63,081 bases of DNA, filler included, from Hausera hauseri (GCA_046269625.1; 10 parts of 10 records of this genome joined end to end with filler, not necessarily neighbours in it); one strand, 5' to 3'. Counted from the whole stretch's first letter, positions 11,634-24,774 are shown. A program made the numbers and translations. Notes: generated by a model from the sequence alone, not told the origin.

Positions 11634-11882
11634 TCAAAAAGCATCGATTTCATCCAGCATTTCTTTGCGGCAATGAAGAAAAGGAAAAAATACTCCATTG
11701 AATGTCGAATAGAACGAGTCTACTAATTCCTTGTTCGGTGTATCGTTGTCACTGAGGTTTGTATCATAACCCTTTATAACCAAAATAACATAGCCGTCGG
11801 TAGTAAAAACTCTAATATCCTCGGAAATAAAACCGTAGACTTTTAAACGCACGATATTTATCAGAAGTTGAATAATATCCAT
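11634..11882 (-). CDS. Hypothetical protein
   Basis: 82-aa ATG-initiated ORF convergent with the previous ORF. Confidence 0.3.
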   Translation of the reverse strand: MDIIQLLINIVRLKVYGFISEDIRVFTTDGYVILVIKGYDTNLSDNDTPNKELVDSFYSTFNGVFFPFLHCRKEMLDEIDAF

Positions 11883-12351
11883 TAATGGAGATCAAATGTT
11901 ATCATGAAACACGAATTACGACAAGAAATAAAGTCAAAATTGTATGTACATCAAATATCAAAAATGGAGAATATAGAAAATTCAAGTCTGTCTTTTTATT
12001 GATTATTTAAACAAAACTTTATTATTATTTTTTGACATGCACACAATTTGTTGTACACACAAAACTCAATGATATAATTCCAGGGAACAGAAATCTTTGT
12101 AGTCAGTCTAATATGCTGCTTCAACTGCTGTTGAAAGCTGAGTCTTTCAGGCTACTTCCATCCTAGTTGAAATTTTTATGCTTGTGAATGGTTGAAAAAA
12201 TCCACTGACTGAATGGATTGTTCAGCGTTTGATCCAGTGAATTCTTTTTTTATAAAAATATCTTGTTCCGGCCATACTCTGTTGCAATGATAATTTTCTT
12301 GTGAAACTGTGGGTCTTTGATTAATGAAATGATGGATAATGTAGCTTTCTC

Positions 12352-12451
12352 NNNNNNNNNNNNNNNNNNNNNNNNNNNNNNNNNNNNNNNNNNNNTTAAT
12401 TAATTAANNNNNNNNNNNNNNNNNNNNNNNNNNNNNNNNNNNNNNNNNNNN
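12352..12451. other. Artificial contig spacer
   Basis: N44-TTAATTAATTAA-N44. Confidence 0.98.
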
Positions 12452-12460
12452 TCGGATAAG

Positions 12461-13077
12461 TTGGAACCGAGGGAATTAGCTATCGAAATGAATAAACCGC
12501 TCGCCAGAATGACTGAAAATGTGTTCAACATACTACCACTACTATTGACACATTCAATCGACATTTTTAAACCACCTCCATTGTTGTCGGATATTTCCCA
12601 CAATATCCCATCAACTTTTTCATTTTCGTTGCGAAATACAAACGTGCCTCCACCGTTTGTCGGAGGGAATTTCCCTTATTCCATTTCTCCACTGGACATT
12701 TCCAAACCTCCGCCATTGTTGAGCAGCGGTCATGCAAATTTACACATTGACAATTTGCAAAACGTAACGGAATCTGTCCCACAAAACAATGGAAGAAGTT
12801 TTTGGTTTATTTGAATAAAAGTACAAAGAAAGTCGTTGAAACCAGATCGATGAAGGATTTGGAGGATGAGTTTGAAAGGAATATTTTACAAAGACGAACA
12901 GATGCTGTTAGTATGGTCAAGATAAATTGGACTCCACTAGATCGGACAAAAATACTGTCTGAAAATGATATTGAACAAAGCGATGAAGAATATTCAGTTA
13001 ATGGTAATGAAGAAGTGCCTGAAACTGATTGTTATATTGGACCTTCATTATACAAGCGAAATCAAAACGTAATCTAG
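12461..13077 (+). pseudogene. Proline-rich hypothetical gene (frameshifted) with an internal DIxKPPPLLS duplication
   Basis: Overlapping ORFs 12461-12814 and 12802-13077; AATAAA downstream. Confidence 0.35.
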
Positions 13078-13499
13078 TTCCCAATAAATATGCCCAAATT
13101 TCTGTTATTGCGCAAATTGACTTGTAACAAACGAATCGAATAAATAAAGCCCGAGGAATAGTCAAAATATGATCTCGCAAGTAACCTTTATTAAAAGCGA
13201 AACCACAATTTTCAAAATTGAGAGAAATTAAAATTGACAATTGCAAAATCAAATCAAAGCAAAATTTTTTACATTAAAAAATGGCTTAAAAATTCAAATT
13301 CGTAAATTCAACAGTTTATTATTTATTTAAAAAACTTTAATTTTTTGTCACTTGACAATGTTAAAATACGACACACACAAAAGGGTCGGTAAATCCGGCA
13401 TGGCTAAGAATTGTTTGTTATTTCCACGATACTGACGATCATCTCGAAAAATCGAACAACATTAAGAGAACTTTACGAAATGTTATCAAATCGATCAGC

Positions 13500-14950
13500 C
13501 AGATTATTGAACTCACAGAAACAAATATCCACCGACTGACAACAATATAAAACAAGCAATTTTATCGCTGATACTGATATTTCACTGTCCTCCTGAAAAC
13601 TGAGATTAAACAGAATTTCGATTAGAGCCGGTGTGAAAATCATCCGCTCTTGAATCCTCGTGTTTGTTTTAATGAAATCGACAATTTCTATCAGTAGAAT
13701 CTTGGTTAAAACGCGATTCTGAACTGATAAAATTGATTCAAGAATATCCGATGACTGTTGAATAAAATTTGTTGGTAATTATCTAAATAAAAACTTGGTT
13801 ATATTGTCATAAACGAGAGACATTTCAATATCATTGTCGGCAAAATCCAGAATTGAAATCATTTTAACAATATCAATAGGACTAATATTATCCTTTAAAA
13901 GTTGAATAGGTGTATTGGATAAAAAATATATAAAGAGCTCGATATTCATCAGGATTAAATTTTCGGATTACTGCTTAGTGTAACAAATCATTTTCAATCC
14001 TCATTTTCCTATAAATATTTCGGTAGAACGTTTCAAAATTCTCATCAATATCCATCTTGCAATCGGCATTGGACACAACATCAGCCAACAATTCCATTGT
14101 CTGCAATTGCGATACTTTATTACCATCGACAAATACATTCTTCAATATGTCGAGAAACATTGGATAATTTTGAGAAACCAGTTTAGGACTTCTTCTATAG
14201 ACTTCAAAGTAAATCGATGAGTAACTTGACAACAAAATTGATCGAAATGGATTTTCGTTGATATCTTTCAGGCCGACATAAACGTTATCCAACAAATGAC
14301 TATTCTCAAGCTGTTCAAAACCGGCATTAGATTTAATCAGTCGTTTAATTATTTTCAAAATGTTCATTGTTACTAGAACGTCATGGCTGCTAACCATTTC
14401 GTTCATTTTGAAAACGATTGTTGTTGGAAACAAATAAGAAGCCGAATTCGAATTTGAGCAAAACAATTTTCGCATAATCAAAATGTAAGGTAGTGTAATG
14501 AAAAACATTGGCAGGATAAAACGTTGTGGCAATTACCACAAGTAGAGTTCCAAAATGCTTTTTCTGTAGATTAGGATAACGCCCAAGATTGAGGAATTGG
14601 TTTACCGGGTAGAAATCAATAAGGCATGTCTGAATTATGTTCCTGAGAACAACGTATTGTGTAATCCGACAGATTTTGCATGAGCAGTTTTGTCGTATGG
14701 TATACATCCAGTAATATTCTGCTACCGTATTGAGAGAATAGTCAATTCCACTAGAAAGCGTTGTAATTGAAACATTTTTGATCGTGCATCTGAGGATCAG
14801 TACTACCGTTTTGTTGTGTAAGTTGAGTCTGTAGTCTGTGTAATCGGTAGTTATTACTCGTTTCTCATTGTGCGTAACCGCGTCCAATCGAATAAGTAAC
14901 TCGGATATTTGATAAACTGAAAAACAATTCACTGATAATTTTCTCGTCTA
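13500..14950 (-). pseudogene. Large intronless orphan gene, frameshifted and 5'-truncated near the Gypsy insertion
   Basis: ORFs 14390-14932 and 13975-14532 overlap, and protein-like sequence continues past the stop at 13975. Confidence 0.4.
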
Positions 14951-14952
14951 AG

Positions 14953-17245
14953 TCGACGGATTAAATTCTTAAAGCAGGGAGTTGGACGCAACTATTGATC
15001 CGACAAGGCGATAAGGAACGCCCGACCGTGCCCGACCAAAATGGGCCAAAGGGCACCGGCCGCAGTGGACACCACATCATTCCCTCGTGGCAAGGTTAAA
15101 ACTATAAAGAGTAAAAGAGACAGAAAGAAAAAACGCTAAACGAAGAGTGTCTGTGTCAGTTGATCTTAGTGTGAACAAGCCGTTGGGTGCCTTCTACTGA
15201 TTTTTCCCTGCTATACATGCAAAATAGGACTCTGCGTGGTTTGTCTGTATGCGGTGTATTTGCTTGTAGAGTTTGAAGTTGGGGAAAAAGATTGTCGGAT
15301 TTTGGTGTAAGTATTGTGTCGTGCAAAGAGGAGTTTGAATGAAGGAAAAAAGAAGGTGAAGGAGGAAGAGAAATTGTTGGCTGCGAATGATTAAAGGTAT
15401 TCAAGAGTGTTAGAAAACAATGGACTGACAAAATGTGTAGTGGCAGATGTAGGAGGAGAGACGAACATTGGGAAGGAAATTGGAATTGTGTTAGGCGAGA
15501 GAGTAGAAGTAGAAGACGAAACGAGGTAGTGGTAGAGATAGGATGATAGATGGGAATAGAAGTAGAAGGTGTGGAAAATGATGAAGCGGAACTAGGAGCA
15601 GAAGGAGGAGATGAAACTGGTGTAGCAACAAATATAGGAACAGTAGAAAGTGTAGGTGTGTAAAAAGAGGTTGACGTGTCGATTGGTGAAGTGTCGTCGA
15701 CAAAGAAGGCGGGCTTTAAGTTGGTAATATGCACTGCAAGTTCGTTGCCGTCTTTAGAAATAATTGCGTTGTGTGAATGCAGCTGTACCAGTTTATAGAG
15801 CCCCAGATACCGCGGTTGGAAACCGCACGGCGTTTGATTTTTTAGCCATACGAATTTTGCCGAATACAAGTCTTTGGGTAAATATGTTTTGTCTTTGTAA
15901 AGTAACCTGCAGAACGAATCTTTGCTGACCGTAAAAAAGTGATTTTGCGCCACCCGTATCGTTTCATCTGTAGGAGCGTCGTCTAGGGCAGTTAGTACGA
16001 ATAAGGATCATACAGGAGCTCCGAATAAGGCTTCAGTAGGTGAGCATCCCGTAGAAGTAAACGTCTAGTGTTGGACTCTGCCAGAATTCTTAGTGACGTT
16101 TTCAATATTCGGTGGAAACGTTCTAAAAGGCCATTCGACTGCGGTGATAAGGTGTAGTATGTATGTGATGGATCCCCAATCAGTTTTCAAGGGATTTGAA
16201 CAGGTTGGATTCAAACTGTGGACCCTGGTCCGTGGTGAGGAAACGAGGTGATCCACACCTGCTAGTCCATGTACGAATGAAAACGTCAGCTATAGTATCA
16301 GTGTTTGTGCTCCGCAGAGTGATGGCTTCTGGCCATCGAGAGGAACGGTCCATCATGGCGAGACTGAATTGATGACCGTTGTCTGGAGGAAGAGAGTTAG
16401 CGACGTCGATATGCGCGGATTCGAAACGCGATGTGCAGGAAAAGTGGAATAGTAGTGGCTTCAAATGCTTAGTTGTTTTGTATTTTTGGCAAACCACACA
16501 CTCCTTAACCCATGCGTGCACATCAGAACGCATTGACTTCCAAACTACTTGTCGATGGAGTAAACGAAAAGTGGCTTTAGCACCGGGGTGGTGCAGCGAA
16601 TGTACTCTGTTAAACGCTTGCTTTTGCTGAAGTCGTGCAAAAACTATTACGTAATGACCTGGTTTGGAAGTGTCTAAAGCCGCGCCGTCAACAATTGTGC
16701 AAGACTTGAAAGAACTAAGCATGTCCTGAGATGGCTGAATCTGTTGAAGTTGGGATTGAGTAAAAATCGTCGAAAAATGAATCGAACTAACCGACCTAGA
16801 TAAAATGTCGGCAACTAATTTATTAACTCCGTTAATGTGTTTTGTGTCGAAGTTAAATGTCGACAAGTATGATATCTGTCGTTCTTGGCATGTGGAAGGA
16901 TATTTCATAGCTATGATGTTAAGTAAGGGTTTGTGATCGGTCTGTATGGTAAAATGGCGAGCGACAAGTAGGTGGGAGAAATGCTTTAAAGTGAGAACAA
17001 TGGTCAATAATTCTCGATCGAATGTTGAATATCTAGTTTCATGGATGTTAGCTTGCAAGAGAAAAATTTTTGATTTTCTCCTTTGTGGATATGGTGAAGC
17101 ACAGCACCTATTGAAGTGGTTGAAGCCTCTATATTAAGGATAAGTTCCGCATCAGGCTTGTGGAAAGCGAGAATGTCGACGGTCTTAATTCCTTCGCGTA
17201 GCTTATCAAACTTATCAAGCAACTCAGGTGTCCACTGGATTGTGT
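14953..17245 (-). mobile_element. Gypsy (CsRn1/Kabuki-like) copy: RNase H, integrase, Ser/Pro-rich tail, probable PPT and partial 3' LTR
   Basis: YSTFDRELL, TDHKPL, HSLHHPG...CVVCQ, DRSSRWPEA, TDQGPQFES; purine tract at about 15201-15210. Confidence 0.9.
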
Positions 17246-17268
17246 AAAAAATAAATCCAATGTAATAA

Positions 17269-20200
17269 GTGAATCGAATGATAAATGATAAATTCCGCCG
17301 TTATTTCTTGTCACCGCTGCCCACCTCAAACAAAGCCTTACTAACCGTTGTCGACGAGTCCACTGCTATCGAAATACTGGCAATAATGGCTGACAAATAC
17401 TTTGAGATTCTGCATATTAACAGTTCTCTCCCTATTGCGGCTTCAACCACATGTGCTCCAACTACAGACACAACATTTTTACTCAACAATTGCAAATGAT
17501 GCAGTAACAGTTTGAGAAGTTACAGCAGTCGATTTTGGCCATTACTATCTTCTAAATAATCTTCATGGGCCTCGACGAAGTGAAACCAGACCTTTAAGGG
17601 AGAGAAGCATTTCCAGACACACTGCTCGATCCATTTCACCTGGCGGATGCATTACTTGCTTCTATCACACACGATTTCGAAGGGATGCTAGGAAATGCTT
17701 TTTGAGTTGTCCGTTCTACAGCGAACGGTACGCTGTAGACAACCCTATTTGTGTCTACCACAATAAGTTCCAGTCACAGGCTAGATCATGCGTGCCTGAT
17801 TAGAAGCATTACAATGATAAATCTCTTCGCTTTTCTTCCTCTTCTTCCTTTTCTCCAAAACCTTCAAAAAAACTAATAGTGCCGCCAGATTTTTCGGCAC
17901 ATTCTGGCGCAGGCAATATCGCTCAATCTTCTGGCCGTTTCAACACCGCCTCTGCAGTCTTTCTGTTGAAAGCTGTACTGTTATGCAGATATATTTCACA
18001 TATCGACTTCCTTATAGACGCAGGAGCTGCCTTTTTGCTCCTTCCCTTGTCCTTTGTTCCTACATCGATTATGATTTCCTGTCCACCGTTTTTCAATGCC
18101 AGCGGTCAACCGTTGCACTTTACAGGAATCACGGAATTGACTTTCACATTCGCCAACTTGCCAGATAAATTTATATGGAAGTTTCACGTGGCCAACATTA
18201 AATCTCCCATAATAGGCTCAGATTTTCTTGCCGCATATGATCTATTGGTCGATTGAAAATACAGCTGTCTTTTAAGCAGGAACTCGATTGCAACTCCAGA
18301 CATGTGTCTCGTAGACAACTTAGCGAGCAATTCATTGCACTCATCTGTGAACATGTTGAACGCTTCTCCATCTATAAAAAACTTCCGATAAAGTCGGTAA
18401 TATTTCAGTTATGAACGACAATCATAAATCTATTCTCAAACAAAAATCCAAATTAGGCGTCGACAGTAGCGATGCAAGTTGCTTTTCGTCAATCACTGGA
18501 GCTGTTTTTTCTAATGATATACCTCATTCATTCTTGTCTCTAGACTCCAATCTTAAATCATACGTCACAACGCATTGCTTTCGCATAGTTAAAAAGGACG
18601 TCAACTTCAAGCCTCCATCCACAACTTATGATCACATATTAACAGAGCATCAGAAGCCGATCAAACAAAAGGTCAGACTTTTGTCGCCACGCAGACGTAA
18701 AGCTGTGGAACAGGAATTTAATGAACTGGAAAGGTCTGGCATCATTCGGAGATCGAATTCACTGTGGGCTTCTCCTCTTCATGTAGTGGTAAAGAAAGAT
18801 GGTACCTATATGCCATGTGACGACTATCGACAATTAAACAATCTAACTATTACAGATGCCTATTCACTGCCACTCATTAAAGATATTCTTCATAGCCTCA
18901 ACAACACCAATACCTATTCTACCATTGATCTGCACAAGGCCTACAATTAAATTCTTGTTGCCCCTGATGACATTCCAAAAACTGCTGCCATTACACCAGT
19001 TGGACTTTACGAGTATATTTTTATGCCTTTCGGTCTACGTAGTGCATCTCAGACTTTTCAGCGCTACATTGACACCGTTCTTTCTGGTCTTGACTTTGCA
19101 CACCCATACATAGATGACATATTAGTCTCTTCCAGCTCCAGCAAACAACATTATGAGCACCTTAGAATTATTTTCCAAAGAATGCATCAAAGCAACCTGC
19201 AAATTAATTTCGCCAAATGCAATTTCTTCCAGAAATGCGTCAACTTCCTAGGTCACATAATTACTCCCAAAGGTCATTCGCCTCAGCCTGATCGCTTACC
19301 ACAATTGAAAAATGTGACATTACCAATTACCACTACCGACATGAAGAATTTTTTAGAGACACTGCACTTCGTACATAAGTACGTGCCACACTGCTCCGAA
19401 CTAATCGCACCTTTTGCACACCTCTCATCTAAGAAGAAAAGACAACTAATCTATTGAACTCCCGATCTAGTTAATCAATTTGACAGCCTTTATGATGGTT
19501 TGAAATCCGTTTAAATCTTGGCTTTTCCAAAACCGAACGCAAAACCAATATTAACTACCGATGCCTCAACCACAGCCACTGGTGCGATATTACACCAAAT
19601 ATACAACTGTGTTGACGAGTCATTGGAATTTTATTCCCGAAAGCTCACACAACCGGAAAGCCAATACCCAACATTCGATCGTGAACTCCTGGCCATAGTT
19701 TTAGCGGTAAAGCATTTTAAGTATTTGCTCCTATCCCGTCAGTTCGTCATCCAAACTGATTATAAACCTCGATATCTTATCATGACGTTAAAACAGCCAT
19801 CACCCAGGCACGAACGTCAGATATCATATCTGTCGACATTTAGTTTTTCCATGAAATATATTTCTGGCACCGAAAACTTAGTAGCAGATATTCTGTCGCC
19901 GTAAACTCAATTACAGTTCAACCAATTTTTGCCTCTGAAGTCCTAAAAAGTAATCAGTCATCATCTGATATTCTCCAAGTCTTTAAATCGGTTGAGGTCA
20001 TCGATGGCATCGCCTACGACACATCCAACTCGACTAATAAAAAATCATTCTTGCTACATCACTACAAAAGACAACTTTCACGCATTTTCACTCTCTTCAT
20101 CATCCGGGTTCAAAAACCACATTTCGTCTACTGCAACGCCACGTTGTATGGCCAACTATGCGTACAGATGTACAGGTCTGGATCAAGGAATGTGCAGCAT

Positions 20201-20281
20201 GCCGGCAATACAAGGTCCACAAACACCTAAAACCACCACTTTACCACTTCCCTTGTACGTCCCGTTTTGACACTGTGCATT
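17269..20281 (+). mobile_element. Gypsy (CsRn1/Kabuki-like) copy: partial gag, PR, RT, RNase H, start of IN
   Basis: CHCC-type boxes CFYHTRF...ARKC...C; FLIDAGA; WASPLHVVVKKDG; YIDDIL; TTDAST; FDRELLA; many stops. Confidence 0.93.
17866..17908 (+). promoter_or_regulatory. Gag-pol -1 ribosomal frameshift signal (slippery AAAAAAC plus downstream stem)
   Basis: A7C then TAA; 5-nt spacer; stem GTGCCG (17879-84) / CGGCAC (17895-900); loop CCAGA complementary to TCTGG (17903-07). Confidence 0.65.
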
Positions 20282-20381
20282 NNNNNNNNNNNNNNNNNNN
20301 NNNNNNNNNNNNNNNNNNNNNNNNNTTAATTAATTAANNNNNNNNNNNNNNNNNNNNNNNNNNNNNNNNNNNNNNNNNNNN
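20282..20381. other. Artificial contig spacer
   Basis: N44-TTAATTAATTAA-N44. Confidence 0.98.
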
Positions 20382-21426
20382 GAAAAACTGCCTCAAAAGT
20401 TTTTAATAGATCCCTCTGGAAAGGGGAGAATCGAAGAATTTATAAGAAGGAGGCAACGTAAGTCTGTGCATTAAAAAAGTTGGCAGCCAGAGCATACCCT
20501 GACGTTACTACAAGGAATAACGCATTGTTAGCTCACTTCCAGTATGGATTGGAAGAGAAGTTGAGGACAATAATCTCTCAGGCAGATTCTCCTACGTTTC
20601 AAGAGGCCGTAAGGAAGGCGCGAAAAGCCGAACGAGACGCGGAGCTATATAGGTGGAATAAGTCTAAAAGTAGCAGTAGTAACTGCGATAAAAGAAGAAA
20701 CAATAGTACACAAAAGTACCAAAGTTACGACAGAAATAGAAGCCCTTTACAAACGTCAGCCACAGAAGCTGAATCAAACGTAGAAAAAAAGTAAGATTTA
20801 AGTTACGAAACGATGGAGAAAAGTTAAGTTATAAAAAGAAATCCAAAAAGGATGGAAGAGCGTTACCCAACATATAGTCTGAAGGAAGATTGAAATGTTT
20901 CAACTGTAATAAATACGGATACATAGCAAAATCATGCAGATCTCGTAGAGAAGACTCTTCGAAATCCAAGAGTAAACAAAAGAAGAAGGATTACACATCA
21001 GCCATGTCAGATGAATCATACGACAAGGAATATGAAACGGAGGTTAGTGCTAGCGAACATGAAGTTAAGAAAAAGGACAAGAAGAAAGAAAGTATCAATT
21101 ATATAAACGATGTACTATCCCACTGCATGAAGAAACAATTAGAAATCGAACTGAAAGATTTTCAAACACGACAAAGAATACTGAAAGAAAACAGCATTTA
21201 TATGATAGGGGATCAACCAGAGAAAAAGGTATCCCACCAAGGAAGAAAGAAAGGTAATAAGAAAATAATCGACACGGACGTTGGATTAAGAGAAACATCA
21301 ACAGAGCGGGAAGAGGTAGGAAAGAAAAAGAAGAGAGGGCGAAAGAAAAGTAACCTCAATACACCCTCATTAGATCAAGACGATGCTCAAACCACACAAA
21401 TATTTGACAAAGAAATATTAGAATAG
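20382..21426 (+). pseudogene. Gag (capsid C-terminal part and zinc knuckle)
   Basis: HFQYGLEEKLR...TFQEAVRKARKAE; CFNCNKYGYIAKSC (CCHC with H>Y). Confidence 0.85.
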
Positions 21427-21429
21427 GTA

Positions 21430-22618
21430 ATAAAGGATACAGGTATTATAGATCTGGATGAGGAAGACGATATCATTCAAGCAATAAAGACTATCGATCC
21501 CGATAACATAATCGATGTAGATAAAAAAAACCACCACGATACTAAAGATAATCACTAATAAAGAAACAGTAGAAAGGATGGATGAAATTTTGTCTTAATT
21601 AGTGTTATTGGCCCAAGATACCAGCCCGGTGAGGGAAATACCACGAACAATACTGGCCAAGGCCGCTGAAGATGAGAAAGGAGGAAATGAAACCATAAGA
21701 ATAACAGTAAGAGAAGGAAATCGAAATATGAGAGTTATTCGAATGAACGAAATACACGACGTACCAGCTTTATGAGAGAAGATAGAAGAGTTGGAACCAT
21801 TCTATCAAGGAAATCCTTATGAACTGAATTATTACGGAAGAACGTTATATAGTTATGATAAATTATTGAGAATTGGATGTAAAAGTAAGAACTATAATTC
21901 AATAATAATAACCGAAATACATGCAGAGGCGAGAGCTCAAGTAACGATTGATAATATCCTAAGGGAAATGAAACCGCAGGAAGTAGAAGGACCTCTCGTA
22001 GGTGATACGCAAGATGTTACGGTCCAAACAGAGGCTAAGAGACGAGGTAGACCAAAAGGAACAAAGATAAGTGATATTCGTAATAGGAAAGACAGAAATA
22101 AGGAAATGGTGAGACGTCTGTTGTTAGCAGGAACAAACGTTATGCCCGAATCGGTGGACATAGACCCGTTATTAAGAACTCTACTGGCTAAGTTACACAC
22201 ATCATTCGCTTCCTTTGATATGGAAGTAATAAATCCAGATGAACTATTCCAAACATTACATAACAGTATGTTGCGAATAAGTAGGCAATTCTATGACAAT
22301 CTCGACGAAGAACGGATAAACGAATTACACGAATTAGATGTTTTGGAAACGATGTACGCAACAGGGATCACACGGGCGAAAGCACAAACTGCTATATCTT
22401 ACCTATTATATAAAATAATAGTAATCAACCATCAAACTCAAAACTTAGAAGAAATTGAACGAAATATAAAGACAGGCTTCAAAATTCTGAAGGATACGTT
22501 AGGCAACTGGGTCCAATGTAGAGGTGGATGGTTGACTAGCTTAATGACTGACATAACAAGGTTAGAAAAACGTGGAAGACTAGTAGATACGCAAAATGAC
22601 TCAATCAAATACTCCTAG
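21430..22618 (+). pseudogene. Unknown helical domain X with AT-hook-like motif, apparently continuing the gag reading frame
   Basis: ORF 21791-22618 plus upstream decayed frame; KRRGRPKG; conserved in copy B. Confidence 0.7.
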
Positions 22619-24349
22619 ACAATGTGTCGCCGGTATGTCAATCATGGAAATCTTTCAGGTACTTTTAATATCGTCATTATTGATGCCAAGAGCTGTAGGT
22701 ATAGTGGCTTTCGATTGCTCAAAGCCTAGTGAAGGACAGAAGTACTCTTTAGCTGACTTAGAGAAGTGTCCAGAAGCCGACCCAGAACAACTATCAACGA
22801 CAAGTGGACTTACATATTGGATTTATCAAGAGTCTGAATTTATAAAAGTGAAAGTTACGGAATGTTACTTAAAGAAATCATTCTTTCTTTTCAACTGTGC
22901 ATATTCCGGAAATTCTGCCATTATCGAGCCCACAACACATTTTGAACCGATGATAATATCACGAGCAGAATGTCAGGATGCTTTTAAGATCGGCATAATA
23001 ACCATTCATTATGCACACATACCTGCAGTTCGGAACAGAATACAATACACCAGAATTTTTAGAGAAGGAAGAATTGATAAGACGATGGAAGGTACTTTTA
23101 TTGGAGAATATTATGATGCGGGAGGTACTATCGCATCAAGAACGATGGCAATTGAAGACTACCAGGTTCAATTGAAAGAATACGAAGTACTATTTGACTC
23201 ACAAACGAAATTACTGACAACTATGAGTGAATGCGAATACGATAATGGCGAATGCGACACCGGAGAGTCAAAAATGACATGGGAAACATCAGCAAATAAG
23301 TGTCAGTTAACGCTGTTGAAAGAAGGAAGACTTAACAAGACAGTAGGAAAAACGGCTGAGAAAATGGCGATGTATAAAGAATGAACGAAGGAAGTTAAGA
23401 TGACGGAAGTAGCTACAACGTGTATTCGGAACACCCATAGTAAATGATGCGATTTAAAGTCAATGGAGTGATAAATAAATGTAATGAAGAAATATCTAGA
23501 ACTAATTATAAAGGGATTTTTTTGTCATCAAAAGAAATACCTGGTGCTAAGACAAAGATAGATAAAAAGGACATAAAATTAACACAATATTTTAATAATG
23601 AGATTGATTTCTTAATCAACCATGTAAGGAAAGAGATTAGAGGTTTATAGAGAAATAATAATGAACGAGTGTAAATTAAACTATGAAATAATACAATACA
23701 AAATGGCCTTGGTAATTACGAATCTAGATATGGTAGCTCCGGTGATGTCCTTTGGCGATGGAGTAATCGGAGGAGTAATGGGCGAGGTATTAATAACCAT
23801 AGAGTGTAAAAAGATAGAGGTGTCAATTAGACCAACTGAAGAATGTACGGCAAAACTACCCGTAGTTTATCACTGAGAACCAAGGTATGTGATGCATGTG
23901 ACAAGAATATTGTTAGAATCTAACGGTAAGCCGACCTTATTGGAGAACTGCACGTTTAACATGTCACTTATGTTTAAACTGGATCACAAAACATGGATTA
24001 GAATGCCAAAAAGAGAACCGGTATCTAAACCAGCTACATTAAGCGTGATCAACCTGCAAAGAAAGAAGAGATTTGAACCGTTAACAGGAATATCGCAAGG
24101 GGGAATTTATACGCAACAGAATCTAGAAGATTATCGACCAATGTTGCTGTTTCCCCTACAGAGACAGAGTTATAACAGAACTAATCAGGAGAGTAATGTG
24201 GGATGGTGAAGGATCACCATAATGGAAACTGTAATGGGCAAAAATTATTTAAATAAAGTAACAAGGAATATTATGGAGAAAACGTGGGGAAGTTCTTATA
24301 TTTCGGCCAAGCAGCTTCTGGTTTCCTAGCGATATATTTCATTATTAGC
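22596..24349 (+). pseudogene. Chuvirus/herpes gB-like class III fusion glycoprotein (env)
   Basis: Signal peptide then AFDC...YSL...C, IYQ...V.ECY...NC, ISRAECQ, CEYDNGEC, GEVLITIECKKIEV...EECT.KLPV, VTRIL, GIYT, TM FGQAASGFLAIYFII. Confidence 0.85.
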
Positions 24350-24774
24350 AGTAGGGGGAAGGGAGGACACTGCACCAAGCTTATTTTCCTATCTCGAGAC
24401 CCCCCCATCCCCCAGGATCGATAATCAATAATTGTATATGGGGAAGATGAGGAAATCGATATTATCGATTGGTGCGGTCGGGGTTTCACTATTCCCACCC
24501 AAAAAAAATTTTCAAATATCGATTTTTCGAAAATTGTTCGAAAATTTTTTCAAAGGTGAAAAATGTGTATTTTTGAATTCTGTATTTGATGGTATTAATA
24601 GAAAATTTTTTTCGAAAAAATTTTTTTCGAACTCGAATATCTTTTCACCGAGTTTTCGAATAATTTTGGTTGGAAGGTCAAAAATGTTCAGTTTTTTGAG
24701 CTCTTTCGAATGGTATAGGTCGCAAGTCTGTACGACCTTTGGAACCGAATATATATCGATTCGAATATTTCGAA
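24350..24774 (+). repeat. Polinton-type terminus (AGTAG...GAGGACACTG) and subterminal AT-rich repeats
   Basis: Starts abruptly inside the env TM region; shares GAGGACACTG, AGGATCG.TAATCAATA and GGGGTTTCACTATTCCCACCC with 34589-34760. Confidence 0.65.

Larger units (their letters stand above)
7730..12000. mobile_element. Decayed Polinton/Maverick (adintovirus-like) segment
   Basis: Compact array of integrase, small amphipathic ORF, packaging ATPase, TBP-like gene and orphan ORFs. Confidence 0.85.
20382..24349 (+). mobile_element. Envelope-bearing Gypsy family, copy A: gag - domain X - class III glycoprotein, cut by a Polinton terminus
   Basis: Collinear and clearly homologous to 31440-33870 on the minus strand. 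Confidence 0.85.

Noticed and set aside
15156-15953. Ser/Pro/Thr-rich ORF as an env or mucin gene
   Set aside because: It is the integrase C-terminus (GPY/F-like region, VHITNLKPA) plus a low-complexity tail
22596-24349. Stand-alone endogenous chuvirus
   Set aside because: No nucleoprotein or L gene recognised; both copies are embedded co-directionally in Gypsy gag/pol context
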